NCBI RefSeq assembly: GCF_009914755.1
Contig: NC_060932.1
Source: the human T2T-CHM13v2.0 reference genome, Homo sapiens
Strand: one strand, 5' to 3'
Length of the DNA stretch: 64,000 bases
In this document: piece by piece, positions 1-14,134 of the stretch
Position numbering within the stretch: position 1 is the stretch's first letter
Layout of the letters: every line of letters begins with the position of its first letter
Notes under the pieces: generated by a model
Database searches by the model: none
What the model was told of the DNA's origin: nothing
What the model saw: only the letters and a program-made list of their open reading frames with translations
Position numbers and translations under genes: made by a program

Positions 1-261
1 GCCCAGGCTGGAATGAAGTGGTGTGATCTCGTCTCACTGCAGCCTCCACCCCCTGGGTTCAAGTGATTCTCCTGCCTCAGCCTGCCGAGTAGCTGGGATT
101 ATAGGTGCCCACCACCACGCCCGGCTAATTTTTGTATTTTCAGTAGAGATAGGGTGTTGCCATGTTGGCCAGATTGGTCTCGAACTCCTGACTTCAGGTG
201 ATCCACCTGCCTTGGCCTCCCAAAGTGCCAGGATTACAGATGTGAGCCACTGTGCCCGGCC
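1..261 (-). mobile_element. Alu (AluS-like, cut by window edge)
   Basis: Reverse-complement Alu consensus motifs. Confidence 0.95.
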
Positions 262-556
262 TGTTTTACCCATTAACTTTTGCAGAAGGCAAGTTGTTGT
301 TTAGCCATCTATAAATTTTTTCTTTTTCTTAAAACAAATAAAAAGTCCATAATTAGTGTTCTACTGAACTAATGAAAAATGTAAGCAAGGTTTGAGATTT
401 TTAAGTTTGAAGAACCAATAAAGTTGTTACACAAGATACATCAGAACCTCTTTGTAAATTTCATGGCACATAGGGCTTATAAAGCCACCATCTTTTAGAA
501 GTATCTCAGAGCAGAGAATAATACCCATATTGCATGTGCTTGTTTTGATATGGTGG

Positions 557-1119
557 TGTTATGAAAGAGGAGGCGATACATAGGTTTTCATCCACAGTTC
601 CTGGCTCTTAACTCTTCATAGCCATTGTTAGTCTTTGGTTATTACCCTAGGTGTGTCAGGTCTTAGGGAATCTCTGACTTACTCCTGCACTAAGGCAGGA
701 TTCTAATCTTCCCCCTTCCTTTCTAACTGTGGGTCTTAAGACCTTCCCTAAAGAGGGTCCAGCCTCGTACCCTGAGGGAAGGAATGCTGACTGTCCTTAG
801 GAATGCTGAAGCTTCCTTAGGAATAGCTGAACTCCTGGAGGTTCCTTGAGGGTGGTACACCCAGGAAGGGCTTGGAAGCTCCATGTTCCTTCCCCCATAT
901 CTATGAATCTCTTCATCTGTATCCCTTGTATCCTTATAATAAGCCAGTAAACCTCAGTAAGTGTTTCTGAGTCCAAAATGTTATGGGAACCTCAACTTGA
1001 AGGCTGGTTGGTCAGAAGCTCCTGAGGCCCAGACTTGCAGAATGTTGGAGTGGGGAGGGGACACTTTTGGGGGTTGAGCCCTTAACCTGTGGGATCTGAC
1101 ACTGTTTCCAGGTAGATAG
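557..1119 (+). mobile_element. MER21-like LTR, 5' part (interrupted by a provirus)
   Basis: Motifs ttcctggctcttaactc and cttaacctgtgggatctgacac..ccaggtagatagt resemble the MER21 family as recalled; continues at ~5369. Confidence 0.65.
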
Positions 1120-1573
1120 TATTATGTGCGCATCTAAGCGAAGAGACAACCTGAAAAGGCTAAGTGTGAGCAACAAGGCTGTTTATTCACTCAGGTGCGA
1201 GCGGGCTGAGTCCGAAAAAGAGAGTCAGCGAAGGGTGGTGGGATTGGAGCTAGTTTTATAGGTTAGGGGTAAGCAGTGGAAAGTTACAGTTAGGGGCCAT
1301 TTATTGCGGGCAGGGGAAGGGGTCACAGGCGGGAAGGGTCACAGGGCACAATGTCACAAGGTTGATAGATCAGTTAGGGTAGAGTCTGTTACAATGGTAG
1401 AATGTTGCAAGGTTGGCTAATAAGCTAAGACAGCAGCTAGCTGTTTTTCTTCTTTTGTGGTTTTCCTGTTGTCCTAGACTTTCTGGCTCCAGGAGGCCTT
1501 CTGGATGTATACGTGTGGGTCACAGAGGTTACAATGGCTTGACCATGGTGCAGCTTTCTCAGAAGACCTCACA
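1120..1573 (-). mobile_element. 3' LTR of a HERV-H/F-supergroup provirus (LTR21/HERVFH21-like, related to LTR7)
   Basis: Minus strand begins TGTGAGG after a purine tract (aaaagccaggaa); TATAAAA at 1254-1260 and AATAAA at 1182-1187 on the minus strand; R/U5 resembles LTR7. Confidence 0.8.
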
Positions 1574-4000
1574 TTCCTGGCTTTTTATATTAATAATGGA
1601 AAAACAAAAATGAGAAAGAGTAGTGAAGTATGGCGAAAATTTATGGTGTAAATTTTGGGGGTGGTATGGAGGGATGATGGGAGATTTTTCTCAGCGCTGC
1701 TTCAAGCGGGATTAGGGGTGGCGTGGGTACCTAAAGTGAGAGAGAAAGGTTAAATTGAAGGGAGACCCTGGGGCAGGGGGTGACATTGTCGAGTTGTTAA
1801 AAGGAGCATATGTCGAATTTAGTGATTAGTAATAGCTTGGATGCTGTTTTGTATGAACCGAGAGATTAGCCTGAAAAGACAAGGTCCGAATAAGAGAAGG
1901 AGAAGGATGAGTGCTAAAGGGCCTGTTAGTGGGAGGAGCCATGAAGCTAAGCTAGAGAATGGCCAAGTAGGTCCAGTATAACTATCTGCCTGATTAGTGA
2001 GTTTTTGAGCTCTGTCTTTAAGTTTTTTGATATTGTCGTATACAAGGCCTGATTGATTTACGTAAAAGCAGCATTCTTCATTTAAGAATAGGCAGAGTCC
2101 TCCTTTTTCAGCAGTAAGCAGATTGAGGCCTCAGCGATTTTGGAGGACAACTGCGGCTAAGGAATCGACTTGGGATTGGAGGACAGAAAGTGAGTTATAT
2201 CGGTAAGGCTAGCGGAGAAGTCATTGGAGAGACTGCGAAATGTGGTGATAGAAGTTGCAAGGCCTGCTACTCCTGTTCCGATTGCAGCAGTGGAAACTCC
2301 TAATCCTATAAGCAAGGGAATTCATCGAATGACTCTTTTTTGTCTTGTTGGAGTTATAAGGGGAATGGGGAGTTGCTCGCTTCCGTTTGCAAACTGGGTT
2401 TTGGGAGTAAGGAAGATTTAAAGTGCAGGTGCCTGTCCGGTTAGCAGGGAGGCACATGTAGGTGGAAGAGCTGCAGAGGAAAAAGAGTCCTTGAGGCAGG
2501 CAGAACTGGAAATGCAGAGTAAAAAGGTAAGAGTGTGTTCTGGAAGTGGGGTCCTGCACCCAGACCCCTAGGGATCCAGCAAGGGTAGCAGCTGTTAGAG
2601 GTTGTAGCGGGGTTTGGTAGGGGAGCTGCGTGGAGGGAGAGGTTCTATTTTCATGGTGTATAAGAAAGCGCTTGGTATCTACAAGTAGCCATTCACTGTT
2701 ATTTATAAGACTAGGTATAAGCAGGCAAGAAGAAGGACTTGGAGGGGAATCTGTTGAACGGGGGAGGGTAGCCAAAGATCGAGCAAGTGAGCGGTAAGCG
2801 TCTTTCTAGACAAAAGTTGCTACCAATGTTTTAAAGACTGTTTGTGATGAGAGTGGGACTGGAATGCTCCAATTTGCTGGTTGATGTGAGTGTTGGGGCT
2901 TTGGAGGTGAAGAGTAAAGGAACATAAGGAAGACGGGAGGTTACCTAAGGGAATTCCAGTAGGTAATTGTTGGGAGATGCATAAGGGAGCAGCAATGGGG
3001 ATAGTTGTCTGTGTAGCGAGGTGTCCAAGAACAGGGGGTGTGGAATTGATGTAGGGAGATAGACCTCGTAGGTAGGTAGGGAGAAGAGCAGCAGCCTGTT
3101 AGTATGAGATATTGGGGGAGTTTTTGCTGAATTTTTCTTTTCTTTCTTTTTTTTTTTTTTTGAGACAAGAGTCTTGCTCTGTAGCCCAAGCTGGAATGCA
3201 GTGGCACGACCTCGCTCACTGCTGCCTCTGCCTCCCAGGTCCTGGTTCAAGCAATTCTCCTGCCTCAGCCTCCTGAGTAGCTGGGATTATAGGCACGCAC
3301 CACCATTCCCAGCTAATTTTTGTATTTTTGGTAGAGATGGGGTTTCACCATGTTGGCCAGGCTGGTCTTGAACTCCTGACCTCGTGATCCACCTGCCTCG
3401 GCCTCCTAATGTGCTGGGATTACAGGCACGAGCCACCGCGCCCAGCCCCTGCTGAATTTTCCAGAAAGTGAAGAAGATGTTCGGGAGGGTAAAGGTGTGG
3501 GGGTCACTGAAAGAGGTTTGGAGGTGTAAGGAGATGGGGGAGGTTGCCTAGTCAGCTAGTAGGGCAGGGACAGCTGTGTAGTAGGAGGAAGAGAGGGAAA
3601 TGCATAGCCAACAATTTTTTGCTAAGAAAGGATTAGAGACGGTGAGGAGAGAGTGGGTGGGTGAGGTTGATGGTATGTTGGAGATAATTAGGGAGGGGTA
3701 GAGGGTAGCAGGAGAACGTGAGTGAGACCCAAAGTGAGTAGAAAAGAACTTCATCGAGGTGGAAGAATTGGAGAGTGCCTTGCCACACAAGGTCACCTAT
3801 CCACTCTAGGATAGAGTTAAGGGTGGCACCTTGAGGGTGAGACCAGGAGATGTCAGTTACAATGGTCCAGAGGAAAAGCGTGAGCCGGCAATGTAGACAA
3901 AAGCAGGGCATTTAGAAGTAGGCAAGAATGGTGATTAGGGACCTAGGTAGACATTAAGTAGTGGGGTGGCTATGTAAAGGCCTATTGTAAATGAAAGATA
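1574..4000 (-). pseudogene. Degraded gammaretroviral env
   Basis: CWLC motif (ORF 3548-3796), LFFLC..YMCLPAN..GTC (ORF 2221-2775), furin site RQKR near 2335-2346, immunosuppressive domain [26 protein letters not shown] with a stop at 2131-2133. Confidence 0.9.
3137..3448 (-). mobile_element. Alu inserted in env
   Basis: Full Alu flanked by TSD tgctgaatttt. Confidence 0.95.
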
Positions 4001-4009
4001 CAAAGGGTT

Positions 4010-5368
4010 GTTGTTCTTTTTCAGGAATGCGAGTAAGTTGAAGAGAAGTGGGGGAGAGTACTTGCGACTTCCAGAAGGAGGTAGAGGAGTTAGGCTGGTG
4101 GTCAGATGGGCACAGTTTTATCCTGGAGCAATGAACCCAGTGGGGAAGGTTCTGTAGACGGACCGTGGTTGGAGTGCTGTAAACAACCTGGTAGGGTTCC
4201 TGTCCACCGAGGTTGTAGAGTTTGAGGGGTTAGTTCTTAACAAGAACTGACCGTCGGGCTAGGATGTCTTTATATGGCTGGGTATCTGGAGTGGGTAAAA
4301 GGAAATTGGCAGCTCAGCGGATTTCATGTCTAGCTTGTTGAAGGACTGGAAGATAGTTACCAAGAGGGCTGGTGTCTGGAATGAGGTTGGGCCCATGTAA
4401 AAATGTGCGGCCATATAGGAGATCAAAGGGGCTATACCCTGTGGGTTCTTGAGGGGTGGCTCAAATTTGGAGGAGAGCAAAGGGTAGAAGAATTGTCCAG
4501 TCTTTTTTGCGTTGGAGGGTGAGTTTGGTAAGATGTGTTTTTAAACGACTGTTGGCCTTTTCTACTTTTCCTGAGGATTGAGGATGATAAGGGTCATGGA
4601 GATTCCACTGAATACTGAGGGCTTGGGAAACTGCTTGGGTGATCTGACTAATGAAGGCTGGACTGTTACCAGATTGTACGGAGGTAGGAAGACCAAATTG
4701 AGGAATTATGTCAGTTAGGCAAGAAATGACTGCAGTGGCTTTTTCTGTCCCTGTAGGAAAGGCTTCAACCCATCTGGTAAAGGTATCAACCCAGACTAGG
4801 AGGGTTTGAATTTGCAGACTCTGAACATAGGTGTGAAATCTATTTGCCAATCTTTTGTGGGGGTAAATCCTCGGGCTTGGTGTGTGGGAAAGGGAGGGGG
4901 TTTTAGGAAGCCTTGGGGAGTAGTAGAGTGGCAGATAGAACAGTGAGATGTGCTTGTTTTGAGAATGTATTTCCATAATGGGAAAGAAATGAGGGGTTCT
5001 AAAAGACAGGTGAGAGGTTTGTGTCCTACATGGAAGTGGTCATGAAAGGAAGAAAGGATAGAGTGGGCTTGTGAGGCAGGGAGAAGGAATTTTCCATGGT
5101 CTAAGAACCACTTGCCTTGAGTTGGAAAGGACTGGTAGAACAGGTTTTCAGAAGAAGAATAGGTGGGAGTGATAGATGAGAAAGACAAGTATTGGCTGTC
5201 TGGAGCGGAGACTGGAACGTGTGCAGGCGCTGAGGCTGCCTCTTTTGCTGTTTTGTGGGCGCAGACGTTTCCTTGGGCAATGGGGTCAGATGTTTTTTGG
5301 TGCCCTTTGCAGTGGATTACTCTGGCTTTGGCTGTAAGGAGGGCAGTTTTAAGGAGAGCCTTTATTAG
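4010..5368 (-). pseudogene. Degraded pol: RNase H C-terminus and integrase
   Basis: VIHCKGHQK..GN (RNase H, ~5270-5330), HDHFH..CSIC zinc finger and DWQIDFT (ORF 4796-5188), WVDTFTRWVEAFP..PQSSGKVEK (ORF 4461-4976); frameshifted. Confidence 0.92.
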
Positions 5369-5496
5369 ACCCAGCTGGTGCCTGCTGCTTGTTGGTGGGA
5401 GAAACCCCCACGCCTTTGGTCACAGGAGCCTTCTGCTTTGATTGTTGTGGTATGAGAGCAGAGGAAAAACACAGCTTGAGAGCTTTCCCCAAAACA
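5369..5496 (+). mobile_element. MER21-like LTR, 3' part
   Basis: acccagctggtg..gaaacccccac..tttggtcacag continues the LTR broken at 1119; ends in CA. Confidence 0.6.
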
Positions 5497-6108
5497 AATA
5501 TACTTCTAGTTGTTTTTTTCCAGTAGAAATTTTATAGAAATTAGGGTGCTTAGAGAATTTAAGAACCATGAGTAAGTCCCCCAAATGCATCCTACTAGCT
5601 TTTTGGAGAAAACTTCTATTTTTCCCCTTTGAAAGACACAAAGGTATGGAATAACAGGTTTGTTTATTTAGGCTTAGTTATAAAATTTATCAAAATAGCT
5701 ACACTTTTCAACTGCACGTTCCCACCTCCTCTAACAGTGTGCCTCTTTTCTTCAGAAGGGCTACCAGGTGGGCAGTAGTTTGTGGTAGCTACATTTGGGG
5801 GCCATGGTCGAATGCCAGCTGTGTTTGTTTCCTGGTGTGTTGACATACATGCCGGGAAATTGCTTGGTAGCGGTTGGTCAGTCTCTGTCATTTTGTAACA
5901 ACTTGCCATTTTTAAGATGAGGAAACTGAGGTACTGATAATGTTACTATTTTCCCACAGTTCCCAATGAGCCATTTTTTAAAATTTTCTTCTGAAAGAAT
6001 TATATTCCTGGAAAAGGTAGATTTATCTTTTCTCTTAACATAGTTGTATTGATATAATCCACTCCGAAATATCAGGGTAGACCACCAGTTGAAGTCTCAG
6101 CTTTCTGA

Positions 6109-6467
<359 letters not shown>

Positions 6468-6490
6468 CCTTCTCTGACAATATTTTGTTA

Positions 6491-6823
<333 letters not shown>

Positions 6824-7507
6824 TTAATCACTCAATAACAAAATGGTATTGTTATTTTTTAATTGTTATTTTTTAAAGAGTTATTATTTTACCTAAAATA
6901 ATAAGTTTCTAATCCCATAAAATATCCAGTAAGTGCTCAGGTTTCCAGTTGTGTCATAAAGGGATAATTTTCTAGCACTTTATTTGAAGCAGGATATATG
7001 GGTCAATATGTAGTTTGTCTTTATAATTTTTTGTTGAAGAAATTAGGTTGTCCCACAGTCTAGATGATTCTGATTGCATGCCTCTCATGTAGTCTTCTGC
7101 ATTACCAGCAAATTATTTGGATCTAGAGGCTTTTTGTGTTCAGATTTGCCTGTTTGTTTTGCAAGACTACTTCATAGGTGACGATTTTTTCTTCCATTAG
7201 GAAGCAGATAATGTCTGGTTAACCATCTTTTTGGAAGTCAAGAACCATTGATACTTAATACCTAGATTTATTGATCATTAGGGTTGCAATATGATCTATA
7301 ATTCCTATTTCATTTATTAGTTAGAATATTTGTATAAAGAGAAGCTTTCCCTCATGTACTATTTGGCTACCCATTGTATTTGTGACATGGATAAATATAC
7401 GTGGTTTTGTTCTCTTTGTCAGTTTTCAAAATAATGAACTCATTCCTCATTCTCTAGTGGTGACCAGTAAGGTTGTTTTAAAGTAATAAATGAACCGATG
7501 AAAACTC

Positions 7508-7608
7508 GCAGTGGCTCACGCCTGTAATTCTAGTGCTTTGGGAGGATCACTGGAGGCCAGGAGTTTGAGACCAGTCTGGTCAACATAGTGAGACCCCTGT
7601 CTCTACAG

Positions 7609-7657
<49 letters not shown>

Positions 7658-7808
7658 AGGTGGCATGTTCCTGTAGTTCTAGCTACTTGGGAGGCTGAGG
7701 TGGGAGGATTGCTTGAGCCTGGGACTTAGCTGGAAGCTGCAGTGAGCTGTGATCGTGCCACTGCACTCCAGCCTAGGTGACACAGCAAGACTCTTTAAAA
7801 AATAAAAA
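7508..7808 (+). mobile_element. AluJ-like element with an expanded central A46 tract
   Basis: Alu arms joined by a pure A run at 7609-7654. Confidence 0.9.
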
Positions 7809-8043
7809 AGGGAGCACTATTAATGTTATGTTGAAAAGTACAACCATTTTGATAAAGTTTATAAGTACGCCTAAATAAAATTTGTTACTCCGTACCTGTT
7901 TTCAGTCTTTCAAAGAAGAAAAATAAACTTTCTCTGAACAGCTGATATATTATAGTTAATATAATTAATGCTCAAGTTGTGCTATCTTTGGCCACTTGGA
8001 GTCTCTTCAAGTTGGTTTCTGAGTCTTTTGACATGTCCCTGGT

Positions 8044-8215
8044 TGTGTGTGTGTGTGTGTGTTTATGTGTGTGTGTTTGAAGAGACAGGGTCTCACTCTT
8101 TTACCCTGGCTGGAGTGCAGTGGTGTGATCATGCACCTGGGCCTCAAACTTAAGCAATCCTCCTGCCTCAGCCTCCTGAGTAGCTGGGACTACAGGTGTG
8201 AGCCACTGAGACCAC
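8044..8215 (-). repeat. (TG)n microsatellite plus partial Alu
   Basis: TG repeat at 8044-8075 forming the tail of a truncated Alu arm. Confidence 0.85.
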
Positions 8216-9335
8216 CCTAGTAGTCTTCGATTGCTTTCTTATTGTCTGGTATGACAGGATGCTCTAGGCTCATCTTGTACATTTCTTGCCCCAAATGTGG
8301 AATGAGCCATTTCTCCAGGCAGCCCTGCCTATGTTTTGTAGGAAATGACATCTGGAGACCATAATCTGGATTTCTGGGGTTAGAGGACAGGCTTTTTGTT
8401 TTGGTTTCGGCTTTTTAAAGCAGGGCTCTGCATGTTTAAAGATTGTTTAGAACTAAAGGAGTTAATGTTACCATTATCAATTAAGAAAACCAAAGTTACT
8501 GAAGCCTCCCTCTGAGACTCTAATGGGGGTTGGAATGATCTAGATCTGTCATTTTCCCTGGTCTCCATAGCTGTGTTAAGAACTTCACCATGTGTAATAA
8601 TGTATGTTTCTCTTTTGTTCACATCTTTGTTGGGAATCCACATTTACATAATAACATGTCATGTCTTGCTTTCACTTATTCCAGATACTAGGCCAGATAG
8701 CTTTTCTCCCAGGCTGAATAGTTTCAGGTTGACCTCTGTGGAAAGATACTGGGGGCTCTTGCTGGTAGAAAATGAATGTGGTTTTTCCTCCTCTTCTCTA
8801 AAACAGTATACATATTATTATCCAGATGTGCTCTTTCCCAGAATTCTTCTCAGAGGGAGGATAGAGAAGAGTTGCTAGATATTGGAGATCATTCCCTGGG
8901 TTAATCTCTCCTCCAGTTTCCCAGCTAAACCAAACCACATACTTTGAAAGGAATGCGTAACGCAGAAGGTCACAAACTCTGTTCATAATGCTTTAGAGTC
9001 ATCCCGCCCCCAGCACCCTTAGGCCATTGAGATAAGTAACATAACTGTGGATTTTATTGAGTAGTCATGTCCAAATGACTTAATAGTGGTCATTGGGGCA
9101 GTATCTAACAAGTGCTGGCACATTTTCCTTGAAAATTTAAAATATAACAAGGTGCCCTTTTTTGAGTCTGCAGCTCCCTTGGGCGGGCCTGCTGGTGGTG
9201 CCTTGGAGCCCCCTTTCTTTTAGGGCAGTGTTATGAAAATCACATGGTGGGTGTATATTGTGTAATACCACACTCTCCACTGCTGCCAAAATTTGGTCAT
9301 AAGAGGAAAAGATTTAAATACAAATCCTGTAGATC

Positions 9336-9618
9336 AGGGGTCCCCAAGCCCCGGGCTGCACAGCAGGAGGTGAGCAGCGGGCAAGCAAGCATTACAACCT
9401 GAGCACGACTTACAAGATTAGCAACAGCATTACATTTTCATAGGAGCACAGACCCTATTGTGAACTGCACATGCAACGGATCTAGGCTGCATGCTCCTTT
9501 TGAGAATCTAATGCTTGATCTGGGGTGGAAGAGTTTCATCCCGAAACCATCATCACACAGCCCCCTCACCCCCCCATCAACCCCTTAGCAAAGTTGTCTT
9601 CCATGAAACCAGGGACTG
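9336..9618 (+). mobile_element. MER1B-like hAT-Charlie MITE
   Basis: caggggtcccc start, cagcaggaggtgagc, ccctattgtgaactgcacatgc, gagaatctaatgc, ttgtcttccatgaaacc. Confidence 0.8.
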
Positions 9619-9674
9619 CCGATGTCGATTATGGTAATAGGTTTCTTTCACATTAAGCTTTATTCAAATTAAGT

Positions 9675-9969
<295 letters not shown>

Positions 9970-10684
9970 TAAATTAAGGTTTTAAAAAGTATTTCTTAAA
10001 CCTATGTGACCTTGTTTACTAATACTAATAAAGGCCCGGATGGTGATAAGAGCCAGTATTATGTTAAATCTAAATGTAGGGAACCTGATTCCTCTGGAGT
10101 TGTGGCACTCAAAAAGCAGTGAGGTTGATATTTAGCCAAAATGGTATATAAGAATTCTGATTGCAGATTAAAGAATCATAGTCTTGGCTAATGTAGGAAA
10201 ATTCCTATTTAGGGAAAAACAGGAAAATTTTTAACTCCATAGTATTTATTATGCCATGTCATATTGTAGGCTCTTAACCAGATTAACATTATATGCAAAC
10301 TTATTGTTTTAACTTCAAAAAGTATTTTGCTATGTGGGGGCCTTCTTTTGCATCTAACTGCTTGAAAAACGCAATTGAAGAAAGGTGAGTGTGGCTTCTT
10401 TGGTTTCAGAAAATAAGTATAAAGAGAAAAAAATATATATATATATAACATATAAGGTGAGTGATGACTGGGGCAAAGGCCAGATTATCTTCTCAGTGTC
10501 CTTTTCTCAATAAATTCTCTTTGAGGCACCTGAGATTAATTAAGGCTGACCTTGGGTTGTCAGAAAGCCACAAAACAGGTATTGCCTGACTAAGGGGGAA
10601 TGGGAGTGGAGTCAGATTTAGTAGTGGTTGCAATGACTTTCAAAAATTGTGCATGAAAAATTTGATGTTTTTCCTCCTGCCACT

Positions 10685-10950
10685 TTTTTTTTTTTTTTTT
10701 TGGAGACAGAGTCTCTGTCGCCCAGGCTGTGGAGTGCGTGGGTGTGATCTTGGCTCACTGCAGCCTCTGCTTCCCAGGTTCACGTTATTCTCCTGTCTCA
10801 GCCTCCTGAGTAGCTGGGACTACAGGCACATGCCACTATGCCTGGCTAATTTTTGTATGTTTATTAGAGACAGGGTTTCACCACGTTGGCCAGGCTGGTC
10901 TGAAACTCCTGACCTCAGGTGATCCACCTGCCTCGGCCACCCGAAGTGCT
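10685..10950 (-). mobile_element. Alu (5'-truncated)
   Basis: Alu consensus; TSD ctcctgccactttt. Confidence 0.93.
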
Positions 10951-11919
10951 CCTGCCACTTTTAAAAGCAGGTTATTACTTCCGAGTATAGTTTGGATATG
11001 GTTAGAAACAAGTTCTTGACTGCATAATGAGTTCTGTTTTTTTTTTCCCTTCATAAAAGTCATAATTAACTTTCCAAAATGGTTTGAAGAAGGCTTTGCC
11101 TAAGCGTAGTTACTAGGTTGGCTATTAATTTAGCATCCTTTTCAGTCCTGTACGCACCAAATTCAGGTACATTAAAAGCAGCTCACAATGAAACAGTTTT
11201 TACCACTGTCATCTGCGTAAATGAACCAGAGGGCCCAGGGGACGGTGAGGGTAGAAGGGGAGAGAAAGAAGATTCTTCAGGAATTGGACTGGAAGAGTTT
11301 GAAACTCTAGCCTGTCATTATTGGCTTTCAAGCTTCTTGCCTACTAAGTTTAGAAGAGAGATCTTATTACTAATATCTCAATTTTAGGTATCACTTTTCC
11401 CTTATAATTTAGTAATTTATATAATCTCTCCAAGCATTTTCTTTTCTTTTGATTTTAAAAGCCCAAAACAAAAGTGACAGGTTGATATGGAATAGATTTG
11501 GTAAAATTGCAAATAAGCTGAGAGAGCACTAAGAGACTGTTTCCAGAGGCAGGGTTAGAGGCAGTGAAGGTCTGGCCCAGGGCAGGAGTGCCGGGAGTGA
11601 GCCAGGCAGATGGGAGAGCTGTCAGAGGTAGTTAATAGTAGATCATTGAGGGAACTGGAATGACAGGAGCTTTCTTGTGTGTGACTGTCACTTAACATAT
11701 ACAATCACACACTTGCAGGGTAGGGTAACACCTTGAACGTCATCTGGCCCAGCCATCTTTTGATGCCCTCATTTCCTCAACAGTGTGCCCACCAGTTCCA
11801 TCCAGTGAGGGTTGAGTGACTGCATTGATGCTGTACTCCTCTCTGCATCTCTTAGACCTCCCTACTCTTGTGTTTGTATCATAGGTTTCTCCGCAGACAT
11901 GTGGCAGTTGCCGCCCATC

Positions 11920-12110
11920 AGGCCTTGTGCCGAGTGCTTTACATAGATTAACTCAATCACACAAGAGTCCTTCACGTACTAGGTCCTATTAATTCCTGTG
12001 TTGCAAAAGAGGAAACTGAGGCACCAAGAGGGTAACTTCCCGAGGTCACCCTGCTAGTCGAGTGGCAGGAGGGGGACTACAACCTGATCAGCCTGGCTGC
12101 AGGCTGTTCT
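11920..12110 (-). mobile_element. MIR
   Basis: gaggaaactgaggcac..ggtaactt..gaggtcac core. Confidence 0.65.
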
Positions 12111-12614
12111 GACCCACTCACCTCCTCCTAACTGTTGTCCAGTTGGGACTGCAGCTGGGGCCAAGTGTTCTCACCGCCGTGTCTGGCTGTATTGCCCAGG
12201 ATGAGGAGTGAAACATGTGGACACTTTTTCATTCAGACAGTTCTTCTCGAGTACAGTCAGAAACTTTAAAAGCAGTGGGATTTTCTGGTTTGTTGTTCGT
12301 TTGCTAGTTTTTACCTTTTCACACAGTGGAAGGGAGGGGTGGGTAACTCAGAAAAGGGGCGGAAGAAAAAGAAAGGGTAAAAGTAAATTTTGCATACCAG
12401 GGCAGCTGCTTATCTATATAGTTGTGCTACACAGTCCTGCTTCCCATACCCCAGTCCCTGCATTCTCCCGATGTTGTCATATGCGCATACAGCTTCAGAT
12501 AGACTTACCTGTTGGTTCCAATATCAAAGCATCATGGGTGAGATTGGACTACATGCTCCTGAGATTTTTCTCCCAAAACCTTTTCCTTGGCTGTAATTCT
12601 GAGGTTCAGGCTGA

Positions 12615-12998
<384 letters not shown>

Positions 12999-14134
12999 TA
13001 AATGTCCCGGTCTGCTGGAAATTATCTCCGAGCCATATAACTTTCCAGTTGTTTCATCCCAGAGCAACATTCGAGAAGACTACACGAGCACTTGTAAACG
13101 TTAGGAGGCTTTGCATCTGGGGGATCTCAGAGTGTGTTTGAGAGGACATCTAGAGCAGTCAGATCAACACATGGATGTTTGAAACCTAAAGTTCTTAAAG
13201 CTCCAAACAAACCTAGTTTTCGTTGTGAACCATTTTACTATAAAACACACACACAACTTATTTAATAACGTGCCTCAGAGTCCATATTGATTTTACTCTA
13301 GGGACAAATAAGGCAAGGAATTTTATATTTTTACATTGTAGGAAAGGTTTCTGGGAATGTATTTCCCTTTCCATTATTGCAAGGGAGGTGGCAGGGAAGG
13401 ATGTGGAGTAGGGGAGGCAGGTGAAATGGGAGTCTGAGATCCAAGGTCATGAGCAGTCCCTGCATCCCTCCTTTTTCAGCCCATGTTCTGTGGCAGCAGC
13501 TGGGCATGGTGGGATTGTATCCCCCTGGAACGGTTGTTGTCGTGAAGGAGATGTGTACAGTAGGTGGCGTAGCACATTCAGGCTTCAGGAACATGCAGAG
13601 GCAGCTGCTGAGATGCCTTTGATAGGATTACCGAGGTGATAGCACACTGCTTATTTCATTTCCTCAATATTTAAATATCCAGTATTTACTTAACTATTAT
13701 ACTTCAGTGTGTAGAACCATTTTAACTTTCAGTTTGGGCCACTGTATTGGTATTTTATAATTTTTGGACCCAACTGAAAATATTTGCGGTGTGAATTCTG
13801 TATTTTGAGTACAATCTGTATCAAATAATTCAGATAGCTCCTTTGCTGAGAATTAAGGATAATAATGGCTCCCTCCTATTATGAAGTGAAGAAAACAGAG
13901 TAGTTTTGCAGTAAATTGAGGATAAAAATCTACCTCTATCTTGTTTGCCTTTGGAAACAATTCCTTGCTCTAGGTGAGAGGAGAGTTTCTCATTAGAACT
14001 CCCAAAAATGTGTTTATATTCTCATCTCCCGATGTCTTAGGTTCACTGAAGACAAGATGTTATCACTTGTCAATAGCACTATTATTTTAGGTACCTCTTA
14101 CTGTGAGGTACTGTTACAAGGCACAGCCAAAATT

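Larger units (their letters stand above)
6850..8700 (-). mobile_element. Old L1 (L1MC-like) fragments interrupted by Alus
   Basis: T-rich degenerate sequence resembling antisense L1MC 3' regions. Confidence 0.45.

Noticed and set aside
2221-5188. Functional env or integrase gene
   Set aside because: Multiple stops, frameshifts and an Alu insertion
9183-9203. Possible CTCF site cctgctggtggtgcc
   Set aside because: Only a partial motif match, without supporting context
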